Shown piece by piece: positions 35,133-45,829 of a stretch of DNA of 64,000 nt. The notes beneath the pieces are model-generated. The model was not told the origin of the DNA. It did not search any database and saw nothing but the letters and a program-made list of their open reading frames with translations. The stretch comes from Mytilus trossulus (Eukaryota): assembly GCF_036588685.1 (NCBI RefSeq), contig NC_086377.1:22320001-22384000 (forward strand), in the 5' to 3' direction. The translations under genes and the position numbers were made by a program. The number at the start of each line of letters is the position of its first letter. Position 1 is the first letter of the stretch.

Positions 35133-35192
35133 CCACTGTAATATTCAGTTGGATTCTCTGTTTTACATGTATGCGATAAGGTTAATATTATA
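35133..35192 (-). promoter_or_regulatory. Candidate TATA-like element and non-coding exon 1 of the EGF-Ig gene
   Basis: tataatatt at ~35192-35184, donor TGG|gtaagt at 35132 and a plausible acceptor (tttaccaatatcatacag) at 34781 upstream of the ATG. Confidence 0.4.
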
Positions 35193-36748
35193 ACGGTCAA
35201 GTATGGAAATCGTAAAGTCAGATAAGGTGCCACATTCTTCATATACATGTCATTATGATAGTCAGGCCACTTACACTATAGTAGACTATTATGAAATGTG
35301 TGATACAATCTTTCTATTTTGAAAACCAAATTTTCTTTTCATATAGGAAAATAATTTATTGTCAACAGGGTGAATTTTAAATACTTCGGTGGGAATCCAC
35401 ATGTTCGGTGACCGTTTTGGATTATCTGTTTCACAGATGACAACATCTATGTTTCAAATAGAGGAATCACAATTCCTTCGAATACAAATTCATATAAGAT
35501 GGATTTTGTCTTAACTGTATCCCATTTTGTTACATCGCTTCTCAAGTTAAGTTTATTTTATCTCAATTGCCTTTTAAGATTGAAGTTTTAGTGTTAAGAA
35601 CAGATTTGTGTTTCTTATTTTGTACGGTAATTGTGTCTTGTTTTCTTATTTCATTATTTTGTACGGTAATTGTGTTTTTGTTTTCAGAAATCAGTATCCC
35701 TATGAATGAAGTGACAATTAAAATCAAGTTATTAAATGGGGGACTTCATAACACACGGTATCTTGATTCTTTTACAGACTTATCTCATTTTTATAAACAA
35801 AAAGTGGACTTTTAAAAAATAGAGAATGGAATTGGAGAATGTATTAACGAAACTAAACACCGATTTAAATGCAGAAACAGTTGAAAGTTATTGGTAAAAT
35901 TAGTACGAAGCAGTTTTGTTTCATTCTTGGCTTTGAAAAAGGTTATGATATATGTGAAACAGTATATTATATCTTTAAACTTAATCTGTTGGTCCGGTTT
36001 CATATATCAGCAAGTCTTGATTTTGGTATGTTTTGTAGAGATTTACAAAAAATGAAACTTGTTTTTATGATTTTGTTTTTAACTTCATGTAAATCCAATT
36101 TGTTTTTAATAAAACTGCAACATCTGTGTCTGTGCCAAGTAAAATGACTGCAATTTAGTGGTTGATTTTGGTTTGTGTCTGTTATGTTTGTGATATGTTT
36201 ACTGCTGATTTGAAATAAAAATTACATCGGGTTTTTTTTTTCTGTTCGTATCTTATCATTTGACTTTGTTTAACATGACATTTTTGGATACGTTTTAGGT
36301 GTTTGCCTCGCTTTTTATAGTTTCAGTATAGTAACTATAGTTGATGAAATCCAAGAAATTTCGGTTATAATTGCCTCATATGCAATAAAAGAAGTTGAAT
36401 TTTATATAAGACCGTTTTGTGGTCAGTAATTGTTGACCATTTTTTTTTTTTTTTATTAATTGCTTATAGAAAAACAGTTATACCATAAACAAAATATTAT
36501 TTTATATAATACTTGTCGATCTCTAATTACATATCATACTCATTGCTCTAGTTTTTACATACATGTAATGGCTCCCAAAAAATAAGAAATTAACTTGTGC
36601 AAAATAATTACTATTTTCAACTTGTTTTGATATAACTATTACACCAGACAAGAACACAAGAAACATATTTTCAAGGTTGTGATTTACTATTGCAAGATAT
36701 ATAAATGTGCGCTATAATACATGGATTTGTGTTAACAAAATATTTAAT

Positions 36749-37093
36749 TTAGAAGTATTTTTTGCCAACGACTAATCTTCGTCCTCCACCAAATCTCCCT
36801 CCTCGTCCACCGCCAAACCCTCCTATAAATCGGCCGCGAAATCCCCCTCCACGTCCACCTCCAAATCCTCCTAAAAATCTGCCACCGAATCCTCCGGGAA
36901 ATACTCCTCCTTTACCAAATCCAATCCATGGAGCTCCTATACCCCATCGATATCCACCACCTACGCCCCAACTTATTCCTCCTGCTCCCCATCCGGGTCC
37001 TCCAAATCCGCCGCCCCATCCACTTATTCCTATAAAGGTGGCATTAGTGCACACTGCTGCCAGTAGTAATCCCACGGCAATTGAGAGCTTCAT
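36749..37093 (-). CDS. Secreted glycine-rich, Trp/Phe/Arg-rich small protein (114 aa; shematrin/shell- or byssus-protein-like, or antimicrobial-like)
   Basis: Signal peptide MKLSIAVGLLLAAVCTNA, GGF/GGW/RGG repeats, no acidic residues, basic tail RRLVVGKKYF. Single coding exon with an acceptor tttag at 37101-37105 just upstream of the ATG. Confidence 0.88.
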   Translation of the reverse strand: MKLSIAVGLLLAAVCTNATFIGISGWGGGFGGPGWGAGGISWGVGGGYRWGIGAPWIGFGKGGVFPGGFGGRFLGGFGGGRGGGFRGRFIGGFGGGRGGRFGGGRRLVVGKKYF

Positions 37094-37198
37094 GTTATAC
37101 CTAAATATATATATATATATATATATAAATGTCTAAGAATATAACTAAAACACACTAATTGATACATTAAAAAGTTCTATTAGATGTTAAATAGAAAT

Positions 37199-37237
37199 AC
37201 GCAATATTTCGCTAAACAAATTAGCTTCATCAGGCGT
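37199..37237 (-). ncRNA. Minimal hammerhead ribozyme in the third Penelope 3' fragment
   Basis: Same motif, about 100 nt upstream (transcript sense) of the Gly-rich gene splice acceptor. Confidence 0.7.
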
Positions 37238-37886
37238 GTGCATCTCTCAAGGTGAAATCGGATGCATGACAGAAAAATATTTTTGTAGCTTAATCTATAC
37301 AAGATTTGAGGGATGGGTGTAACATATTAATTCGGTCATAAAATATGTTTGTAGCTACAACTACATGAAGTTGGAATAAAAGTTTAACACATTTATAGAT
37401 GTTCGATTAATTGTATAAATTTTTATAAATTAATTTGTATGATTTCAAGATAACTATGGTTTTGATTTGCTTTGAAATCTTTTTTCGTCTCTCTCATTGA
37501 GTCCATCAGTTTCAAGAGTTCGTAACTGGTGCATCCAAAATCTCTCTCTTTTTTGTCTTCCTTGTATAGATTAAGCTACAAAAATATTTTTCTGTCATGC
37601 ATCCGATTTCACCTTGAGAGATGCACACGCCTGATGAAGCTAATTGGCGACTTTGCAGCACTTACAATTGCCCCTTCCGCATTGTGTATAACCTCCATAT
37701 ATATATAATGTCTATATATAATGTCTAAAAATAGCAACAATCAACATTCAATCTAATTAAGCGTGGATCAGTTTGTGAAAATAAACTGATACAGTTACTG
37801 AATTAAAATTATGTAAATGTCTAAGAATATAACTAAAACACACTAATTGATACATTAAAAAGTTCTATTAGATGTTAAATAGAAAT

Positions 37887-37925
37887 ACGCAATATTTCGC
37901 TAAACAAATTAGCTTCATCAGGCGT
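37887..37925 (-). ncRNA. Minimal hammerhead ribozyme, mirror copy in the left arm
   Basis: Reverse complement of 39419-39457. Confidence 0.7.
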
Positions 37926-38141
37926 GTGCATCTCTCAAGGTGAAATCGGATGCATGACAGAAAAATATTTTTGTAGCTTAATCTATACAAGATTTGAGGG
38001 ATCGGTGTAACATATTAATTCGGTCATAAAATATGTTTGTAGCTACAACTACATGAAGTTGGAATAAAAGTTTAACACATTTATAGATGTTCGATTAATT
38101 GTATGAATTTTTATAAATTAATTTGTATGATTTCAAGATAA

Positions 38142-38677
38142 CTATGGTTTTGATTTGCTTTGAAATCTTTTTTCGTCTCTCTCATTGAGTCCATCAGGTT
38201 CAAGAGTTCGTAACTGGTGCATCCAAAATCTCTCTCTTTTTTGTCTTCCTTGTGTATCCCAATTTTGATTTTTCTCAATGATTTGAAATGTGATGTTTTC
38301 AAAATCATGTCCTGCTCTTAAAAGGTGTCTTGTAATTGGGCAGTTCCTTTCTTTTGTATAAAATGACCGATGGTTATTTAGTCGGATGTTAAATGGGGTT
38401 TCTGTTTCACCAACATATTGTAATTTGCAAGTTCCACACGTTAGAACATAAATGCAATTTTGCGTTTTGCAATTTGATGTTATGAATATGTTGTAATTTT
38501 TCTTTGTGACTGTGCTGATGAACTTGGTTTCTATATTGGCGACTTTGCAGCACTTACAATTGCCCCTTCCGCATTGTGTATAACCTCCAATTGTTGATAT
38601 CTCCCGTTTAGATACTTTGGATGATACTAGAATATCTTTGAGGTTTTTTGGTCTGCGGTAAGCCATAACGGGAGGTG
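38142..38677 (-). pseudogene. Penelope-like GIY-YIG endonuclease domain (5'-truncated, left arm)
   Basis: PPVMAYRRPKNLKDILV, Cys-rich linker CGRGNCKCC, CIYVLTCGTCKLQYVGET (GIY-YIG), RLNNH, RERFWMHQLRTLEPDGLNE. No RT present. Confidence 0.88.
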
Positions 38678-39202
38678 ATGGCTTACCGCAGACCAAAAAA
38701 CCTCAAAGATATTCTAGTATCATCCAAAGTATCTAAACGGGAGATATCAACAATTGGAGGTTATACACAATGCGGAAGGGGCAATTGTAAGTGCTGCAAA
38801 GTCGCCAATATAGAAACCAAGTTCATCAGCACAGTCACAAAGAAAAATTACAACATATTCATAACATCAAATTGCAAAACGCAAAATTGCATTTATGTTC
38901 TAACGTGTGGAACTTGCAAATTACAATATGTTGGTGAAACAGAAACCCCATTTAACATCCGACTAAATAACCATCGGTCATTTTATACAAAAGAAAGGAA
39001 CTGCCCAATTACAAGACACCTTTTAAGAGCAGGACATGATTTTGAAAACATCACATTTCAAATCATTGAGAAAAATCAAAATTGGGATACACAAGGAAGA
39101 CAAAAAAGAGAGAGATTTTGGATGCACCAGTTACGAACTCTTGAACCTGATGGACTCAATGAGAGAGACGAAAAAAGATTTCAAAGCAAATCAAAACCAT
39201 AG
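38678..39202 (+). pseudogene. Penelope-like GIY-YIG endonuclease domain (5'-truncated, right arm)
   Basis: Same translation as the left arm from MAYRRPKNL onward. Confidence 0.88.
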
Positions 39203-39418
39203 TTATCTTGAAATCATACAAATTAATTTATAAAAATTCATACAATTAATCGAACATCTATAAATGTGTTAAACTTTTATTCCAACTTCATGTAGTTGTA
39301 GCTACAAACATATTTTATGACCGAATTAATATGTTACACCGATCCCTCAAATCTTGTATAGATTAAGCTACAAAAATATTTTTCTGTCATGCATCCGATT
39401 TCACCTTGAGAGATGCAC

Positions 39419-39457
39419 ACGCCTGATGAAGCTAATTTGTTTAGCGAAATATTGCGT
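39419..39457 (+). ncRNA. Minimal hammerhead ribozyme in the Penelope 3' UTR
   Basis: ACGC-CUGAUGA-A-GCUAA(uuugu)UUAGC-GAAA-UA-UU-GCGU. Stem III is vestigial and palindromic (AUAU), as in PLE-associated HHRs. Confidence 0.7.
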
Positions 39458-40452
39458 ATTTCTATTTAACATCTAATAGAACTTTTTAATGTATCAATTA
39501 GTGTGTTTTAGTTATATTCTTAGACATTTATATATATATATATATATATATATCATTTAATATGTAGTATGTGATACTATACATATTTTAATCATTTACA
39601 ATTCATGATTTTAGGATGATAACGTTATCATGTTATGGTATTATGCAGGTGTTTTTAGTTTTTTTAGAGACATACTATATTAATTCAGTACAGTGTTTGT
39701 AAGTAGACATGATAAACTGTCATTCATGCACATTTTAGTATGCATAAGAATAATTTGTTCTAATTATGTTAGAATGTATATTTAAGATTGATTTTCTTGT
39801 TGGTTTGACTTAATGATCGGTTGTTGTTCGATGCCCGTATGAATGAGGAATACACTTCATCTAAGTATGAATCAAATATATTGAAACTGTGAATACATCA
39901 AATATGTTATCCTCTTTAAATAAAATATTGCGTTTCAGAAAAAGCAGCGTAGAATATACAGTGTTTTCCATCATTGACACAAATAACCACAAGCAACTAT
40001 TAAGACCACATACCGAGTTATCCTATTGCTATATAAGATAGATGCAGATATAGTGTACATTAATTAAATGTATAAAGCAAAGGTACAACCACTATATGTG
40101 TTCTATGTTACAGGATTTTACCTTACATACAAACAATTGGTTTATATATGTGCAAAATTCTATGATCAGAATTGCCTGAGTACATTATAGATCTGTCTGA
40201 TTTCGTAAAGATTTACCTGATTTTACGTTAAAAGCATATTATTTTTTTCTAGTTTTATTTTAATTTAGTTTTACAGTAGATATTCCTTGTTTTACAATCG
40301 ATTTACACGATTGTAGCATATATTGACATGAGTTACTCATGGATCTACTGCAATTTACCATTTGTAACATGATTTTAGCATCAATTTGCCTGAATTTGTC
40401 TTACATTTTATTTCAACTTAATATGGATTTATTTTACACTACGCTAGATTAA

Positions 40453-40725
40453 GGTGGTACCTAACACTACAGGGAGATAACTCTGTAAAGTCAGCTAAAC
40501 GTTTTAATGACGTTGTGTTGTAAAAGGAATATTAAGCTTCTCAATGATCAAAATTGGTGTTTGTCAAATTGCTATATAACCAGTGTAATTTTTCTGACAA
40601 AACGGTTGGTTCAAATTTTTTTATATTTTAATATTTTTGTTAAAGGGTCAAAGTAAATACTTTGGCAAAATTTTATGAAAATTAAACGAGCCAAATTAAT
40701 TTTAGCGAAAGTGTTGGGTACCACC
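40453..40725. mobile_element. 273-bp TTAA MITE (inverted copy of 8506-8778)
   Basis: TTAA at 40449-40452 and 40726-40729, same TIRs and same length. Confidence 0.8.
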
Positions 40726-43008
40726 TTAATATAATTTGACCTGGCATATATCTGTTTATACCCTTAATCACTGATAGTTTTCGGATGGTCGTATCGTAAT
40801 GTTACGACCACCCGAAAATGGGAGACATGTTTTGTAAATAACAAACAAGAGGCAATAACAATATACCTTTCTCAAAAAAATCTTTCGAGAAAGTAACACA
40901 GCTCCGGTTATGATAATTATTAGTTACGAATATAGAAAGTGCGTTTTTTTTAAGAAATTGGACATTACATGAAATAACAAAATCTTCAATGATGTCTTTC
41001 TTTATATTTTGCATCTATTATGTCTATTGAAAAGATGATTTAAAACAAACTATTATGCATCAACTAGGTGGAATTAAAAAAAATCTACCATTTGAATTTA
41101 CACTTTAATTCGAAACGGAATAAAAAAAATCATTGTTGAAGGCCGTACGGTGACCTATAGTTGTTAATGTATGTGTCAGTTTGTTCTTGTATGGATAGTT
41201 GTCTCAATGGCAGTCATACCATATCTTCTTTTTTATAAGCATGATACGTAAGGAATCAAAATAAGCTAAACATATTTATATGTTATGGCGGTCGTTGTCG
41301 AGACTAACGTACCTGAATTGAAAGACATACATCTTGTTCCCATAGCCTAGATTTTGAGGAGTCGTATTGTAATTTGGTAAAGTAAAGCTGATTTTAAGAA
41401 GCAATGTCGAAGTTCAGGTATAATTATAACGCGTGGTTAATTGAAATTCTGAATACGCCTATTGGTACCATGCTTTCCGATATACACACTGAACTTAAAA
41501 AAGGAATCAAATATAGGTATGTGAAGCTTGTATCCAGGATAATATTTAGAAAATAGAACTGTATGCTTCAACTCAGCGTACTGGTTTTTTAAAGCTACAT
41601 ACATTCATACAAATAAACATATGATATAAATATTATTTTCAATCTGCATATGTATGTGATAGTTGCCGCAGTACATTTAGTTCTACCTTGTAATATTATC
41701 ATGGCTCAAAAGCCTGGCCACAAACTACTTTATTTGTTTATCTTACTCTTAAATTCAACGAGTGTAGTAGTGTCAAATATATATCAACAATATTCATCCA
41801 TTCGAGGTTATCAAAATGTTCATGGTTTCAGTTTTTATTCCGTACAAATACTTAGAAATAAAACCAATGATACACTGCAATATATGATCGTCATGTATTC
41901 GACACGTTAAATACACCAGGACTTCGAAGTGCATTTGTGGATGTACCTTCATCTTGAACGACCATAAGTCGAATGTTTGTAGGCCAATGTTTTATAAAAA
42001 CTGCAATAGCTGATTAAAAATTAAAGATGATTCAATAATTTCATCTGCCGACATGATTACAATTAACAAAAAAATCGTAAATAAAACAAAATCTAAAAAC
42101 GAATATGAGGGAATACATATATATTCAACAATGTGTTGCCTTGACGTACAGGAAAACATATATTAATACTAATATTAATTTGAAAGGATGTGAAACAATT
42201 TGTATATGATTGGTATGTCGCCCCCTTACAAATATTTCTACATGTGAAATAAATTGAAAAGTTATTTAAAAAAAAAAAAAATTTGCGGCTTCAAGATGAC
42301 TGAGAAAGGTTTAAGAACTCAGACTAATCTGGGTAACACATAATATTGTTTATAGTAAACCATGTATGAACACAGAGTTTATCAACATAGTAATGTGGAC
42401 AGTACTTTTAAAATACTTTGATAAAAATTTATCTAAATACTCGAGTTACGGTCATCTTTCAAAGTTACAACCATCTTGTCTTGGTTATGATTATCATCCA
42501 AACTACTATGGTTGACATCAAACATTTAAAGTAATGGCCATCATGCTTGACTATTTTAATGAATATTTGACGGAAATTTGAATGATTTTATGTATAAAAT
42601 TTGGTTTCAATATCAACGCCCTTACGATAGGTGTACTAATATATATGAGACAAGCGAGTTGGCTTAAATGAACTTTGTACTGCACGAAAATCGGAAATGA
42701 AAATCTTATCCCTTGTTGGGTCCCATATTCAGAAGGTCGTAACTTTACTTTACGACTTTCTGCTTACCACTAGTGATTAATATATTAATCAACTTCGATT
42801 CAGTTTAGTTCATTCAATATAGTTTTACAATTTAGAACTGAAATTATATATACGTGTGTTTAATTTCAAATGAATGAATTCTACAGTTCACAAAAGTAAT
42901 TATGGGATCAGATTTAGATTTCTTGATTATTTTCGTAACATATAGGTTCAACATCAGAATAAGAAGCTGATATTTATTACATTAACCTATATCAAAATCA
43001 CACCTTAC

Positions 43009-43068
43009 CTAGTATATGTTCTTAATCTTTTCACTGTGTTCCAAACATATTCTTAAAAAGTTTATATA
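43009..43068 (-). promoter_or_regulatory. Candidate TATA promoter and ~30-nt non-coding exon 1 of the Gly-rich gene
   Basis: TATATAAA at 43068-43061, an ACAGT Inr-like motif ~30 nt downstream (~43037) and donor TAG|gtaagg at 43008. Would splice to the acceptor at 37101. Confidence 0.5.
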
Positions 43069-44011
43069 CTACATTATGCTATAAAAGATTGATGAGGAAT
43101 AATTTTCAATTCATCAAAAAAAAAAGATGAAAGTCTTTATTATCTTGTTTAATCACCTAATTGATGTAAAAAAATCATAAATATTCACTTATTAAAATAT
43201 CATTTATCATAAGTGATTAGTAAAATGTAAATAATAAAATGATTTTACATAACATGCATACGTACTTATTATAATTATTCTATAGATATAGGTAAAATGT
43301 GGCATGAGCGCCAATGAGACAACTCTCAATCTAAATAAGAAGCGGTTATAGGTCAAGGTACGACCTTCAATACGAATATTTGGCTCACACAAATCAGTAA
43401 GCGATAAAGTGCGCCAAAAAATTACAAGTGTCAAACCATTCTAACGGGTAAACCAACGCTCTATTCTAAAAACGAAAAACACCTATGAACAACATAAACA
43501 GACGACAACCACTGAACATCAGATTCCTAGCCTATTTTAAATATTTCAGTTGGACATGTTAAGCTTTATTAAAAAACTTACCATACTGCATTTTTTTTTA
43601 AATCAATGGACTGTGTAAGAAAAACAGTTTTATCTCTCACCTAAAAAAGTATCAGCCAATATTCAAGAGGAGACAACTCCTGTAAAATAGTATTGGTATG
43701 CTTGATCTACATGGACTACAAATATTGTTTATTCTAAGCTTTTTAGATATCAAAATGTTTTAAGTGGGTTCGCCAATTATGGAAAACGAATTATACATAC
43801 TCTTTCCATAAAGTTTTGATAGGTTGAGATATATTTTGTACTTGCTTGATATGTCTCCCCCTTAAACACATTGCAAGATGTGAAATAAATCGACTAGTTA
43901 TTTGAAAAAAATATGAACAAATAACTGAGGTTTAAACAATCAGACTAATCTTTAATTGTATCTTGATAATAAATATATTTGTTTAAAAATAATTGTATGT
44001 CTGATACAAAA

Positions 44012-44812
44012 TAAGATGTGGTAGTATCGCAGATGAGACTCCTATCCACAAAAGACCAAAATGACCCAAACATTAACAACTATAGGTCACCGTACGGCCT
44101 TCAACAATGAACAAAACCCATACCGCATAGTCAGCTATAAAAGGCCCCGAAAAGACGATGAAAATAATTCAAACGAGAAAACTAACGGCCTTATTTATGT
44201 AAAGAAATGAACGAAAAACAAATACATAAAATTGAGAATGGGAATGGGGAATGTGTCAAAGAGACAACAACCCGACCAAATAAAAAACAACAGCAGAAGG
44301 TCACCAACAGGTCTTCAATGTAGCGCGAAATTCCCGCACCCGGAGGCGTCCTTCAGCTGGCCCCTAAACAAATATATACTAGTTCAGTGATAAGGAACGC
44401 CATATTAATTTCCAAATTGTACACAAGAAACTAATATAAAAATAATACAAGACTAACAAAGGCCAGAGGCTCCTGACTTGGGACAGGCGCAAAAATTCGG
44501 CGGGGTTAAACATGTTTGTGAGATCTCAACCCTCCCCCTATACCTCTAACCAATGTAGAAAAATAAACGCATAACAATACGCACATGTATGTAACACATA
44601 AACATACGACATCCACTGAATTACAGGCTCCTGACTTTGGACAGGCACATACATAAATAGTGTGGCGGGGTTGAACATGTTAGCGGGATCCCAACCCTCC
44701 CACTTACCTGGGACAGTGGTATAACAGTACAACATAGGAACGAACTATAAAAATTAGTTAAAAAAGTCTTGACTCATCAGATAGACAAAAAATACAAGTG
44801 GACGTGGCCGGG
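44012..44812. repeat. Interspersed repeat family C interrupted by a nested family B copy (44228-44584)
   Basis: Family C (aagatgtgg...gccaatgagacaactctc...cgtacggccttcaacaatga) also occurs at ~7615, 15330, 18640, 41130, 43295, 55888, 61150 and 61860. Here it resumes (tgtaacacataaaca) after the B insert. Confidence 0.7.
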
Positions 44813-45502
44813 TAATTATTTGTAATTATTAGTATACAAAAAACAATGATCCCATGCCTTTTTCTTAGGATCTACGCACAAAAACACTGTAAAAAAGCCT
44901 TGCAGAATTAGATAATTTTTTTTCGGAAAATAAGTTTGGGAAAGTCTTCTTCTATCACTATGTTAAGTTTTGTTTGTTTTTAATAAATACAATAGGAAGT
45001 GTTTGTTTTTAAAGAAGTCTTTTTTCAAACAATACCTTTGCCACTATCTTCATGAGACTGCCGAGTTAATATAAATACTGATCGAACTGATTGATATGTG
45101 ATAACATTGCATACCTTTTGCAAATCAGTATCGTGCACTTCAAATGTAATGGCATAATAACATTTCTTAAAACACAAAAATATATAATGTGATGTCGTTT
45201 TAATAATGATTCAACATAAATTAAGCTATTCTTCAACAATCAAATAGTAGCAACTTTATTTACGAGGTAAATTATTTGAATAAACAATTATGTGACTATC
45301 ATAAGTACATTTAATTATATAACGATAAAATCAGAAATGTATACATAAACGTAGTTGTTATTCCATGCATTGCCGACATTATTAAGAGTGATTGATAAAA
45401 ACTGTCTGTCATCAATGATGATTCACTTGGATAATACACATTACATGCATAACATTATAAAGAAAGTAAACTCCTTTCTACAGCTTATTATTAGTACAGT
45501 TA

Positions 45503-45829
45503 GTTTAAACATATTTATTTATAGTGGATAGGGAAACAAGTTTTGGAATTTGAATTGATCCCTTTCCACTTTGCGGCATTAGCCTACTCTTTTTCGAAAT
45601 CTACAAGGGTGTCTTTAACGTGCAAGAGATATGGCTCTCTCTTAACACGGGTCAGCCATTTATCGTCCCCTTCCGACGGACTATCATCGTTTCCTTAAGA
45701 CAGTACTCGCACATGGTGTCAAGGTAGAGCCGATAATTGAGTTCCTGAAATTTTCACCCCCAACGGGAATCGAACCAGGAACCTTTGTGTTAGTTGTCCG
45801 ATGTTCTAACCACTACAGAACGGCTCTTA
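45503..45829 (-). mobile_element. tRNA-derived SINE with Deu/Nin-like core and 10-bp TSD
   Basis: Head with A box (tgtagtgg) and B box (ggttcgattcc), core gcacgttaaagacaccc, AT-rich tail. TSD agtacagtta at 45493-45502 and 45830-45839. Confidence 0.8.

Larger units (their letters stand above)
37126..39530. mobile_element. Compound Penelope-like element insertion: rearranged 3' fragment (37126-37697) plus 853-bp inverted repeat (37814-38666 / 38678-39530), bounded by (TA)n
   Basis: The arms are reverse complements with an 11-nt spacer (aacgggaggtg). Each arm encodes a GIY-YIG endonuclease C-terminus and carries the 3' UTR. (TA)n at 37105-37126 and 39529-39553. Confidence 0.9.

Noticed and set aside
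36762-37136. 124-aa Pro-rich ORF on the + strand
   Set aside because: Antisense shadow of the Gly codons of the minus-strand gene. It has a non-ATG start and runs into (TA)n, while the minus ORF has the signal peptide and splice acceptor.
38111-39233. 65-aa ORFs MILKTSHFK.. on both arms
   Set aside because: Alternative frame overlapping the GIY-YIG domain with no recognisable motif.
45760-45829. tRNA gene
   Set aside because: A and B boxes are present, but the sequence continues into a SINE body and tail bounded by a 10-bp TSD, with no good acceptor stem.
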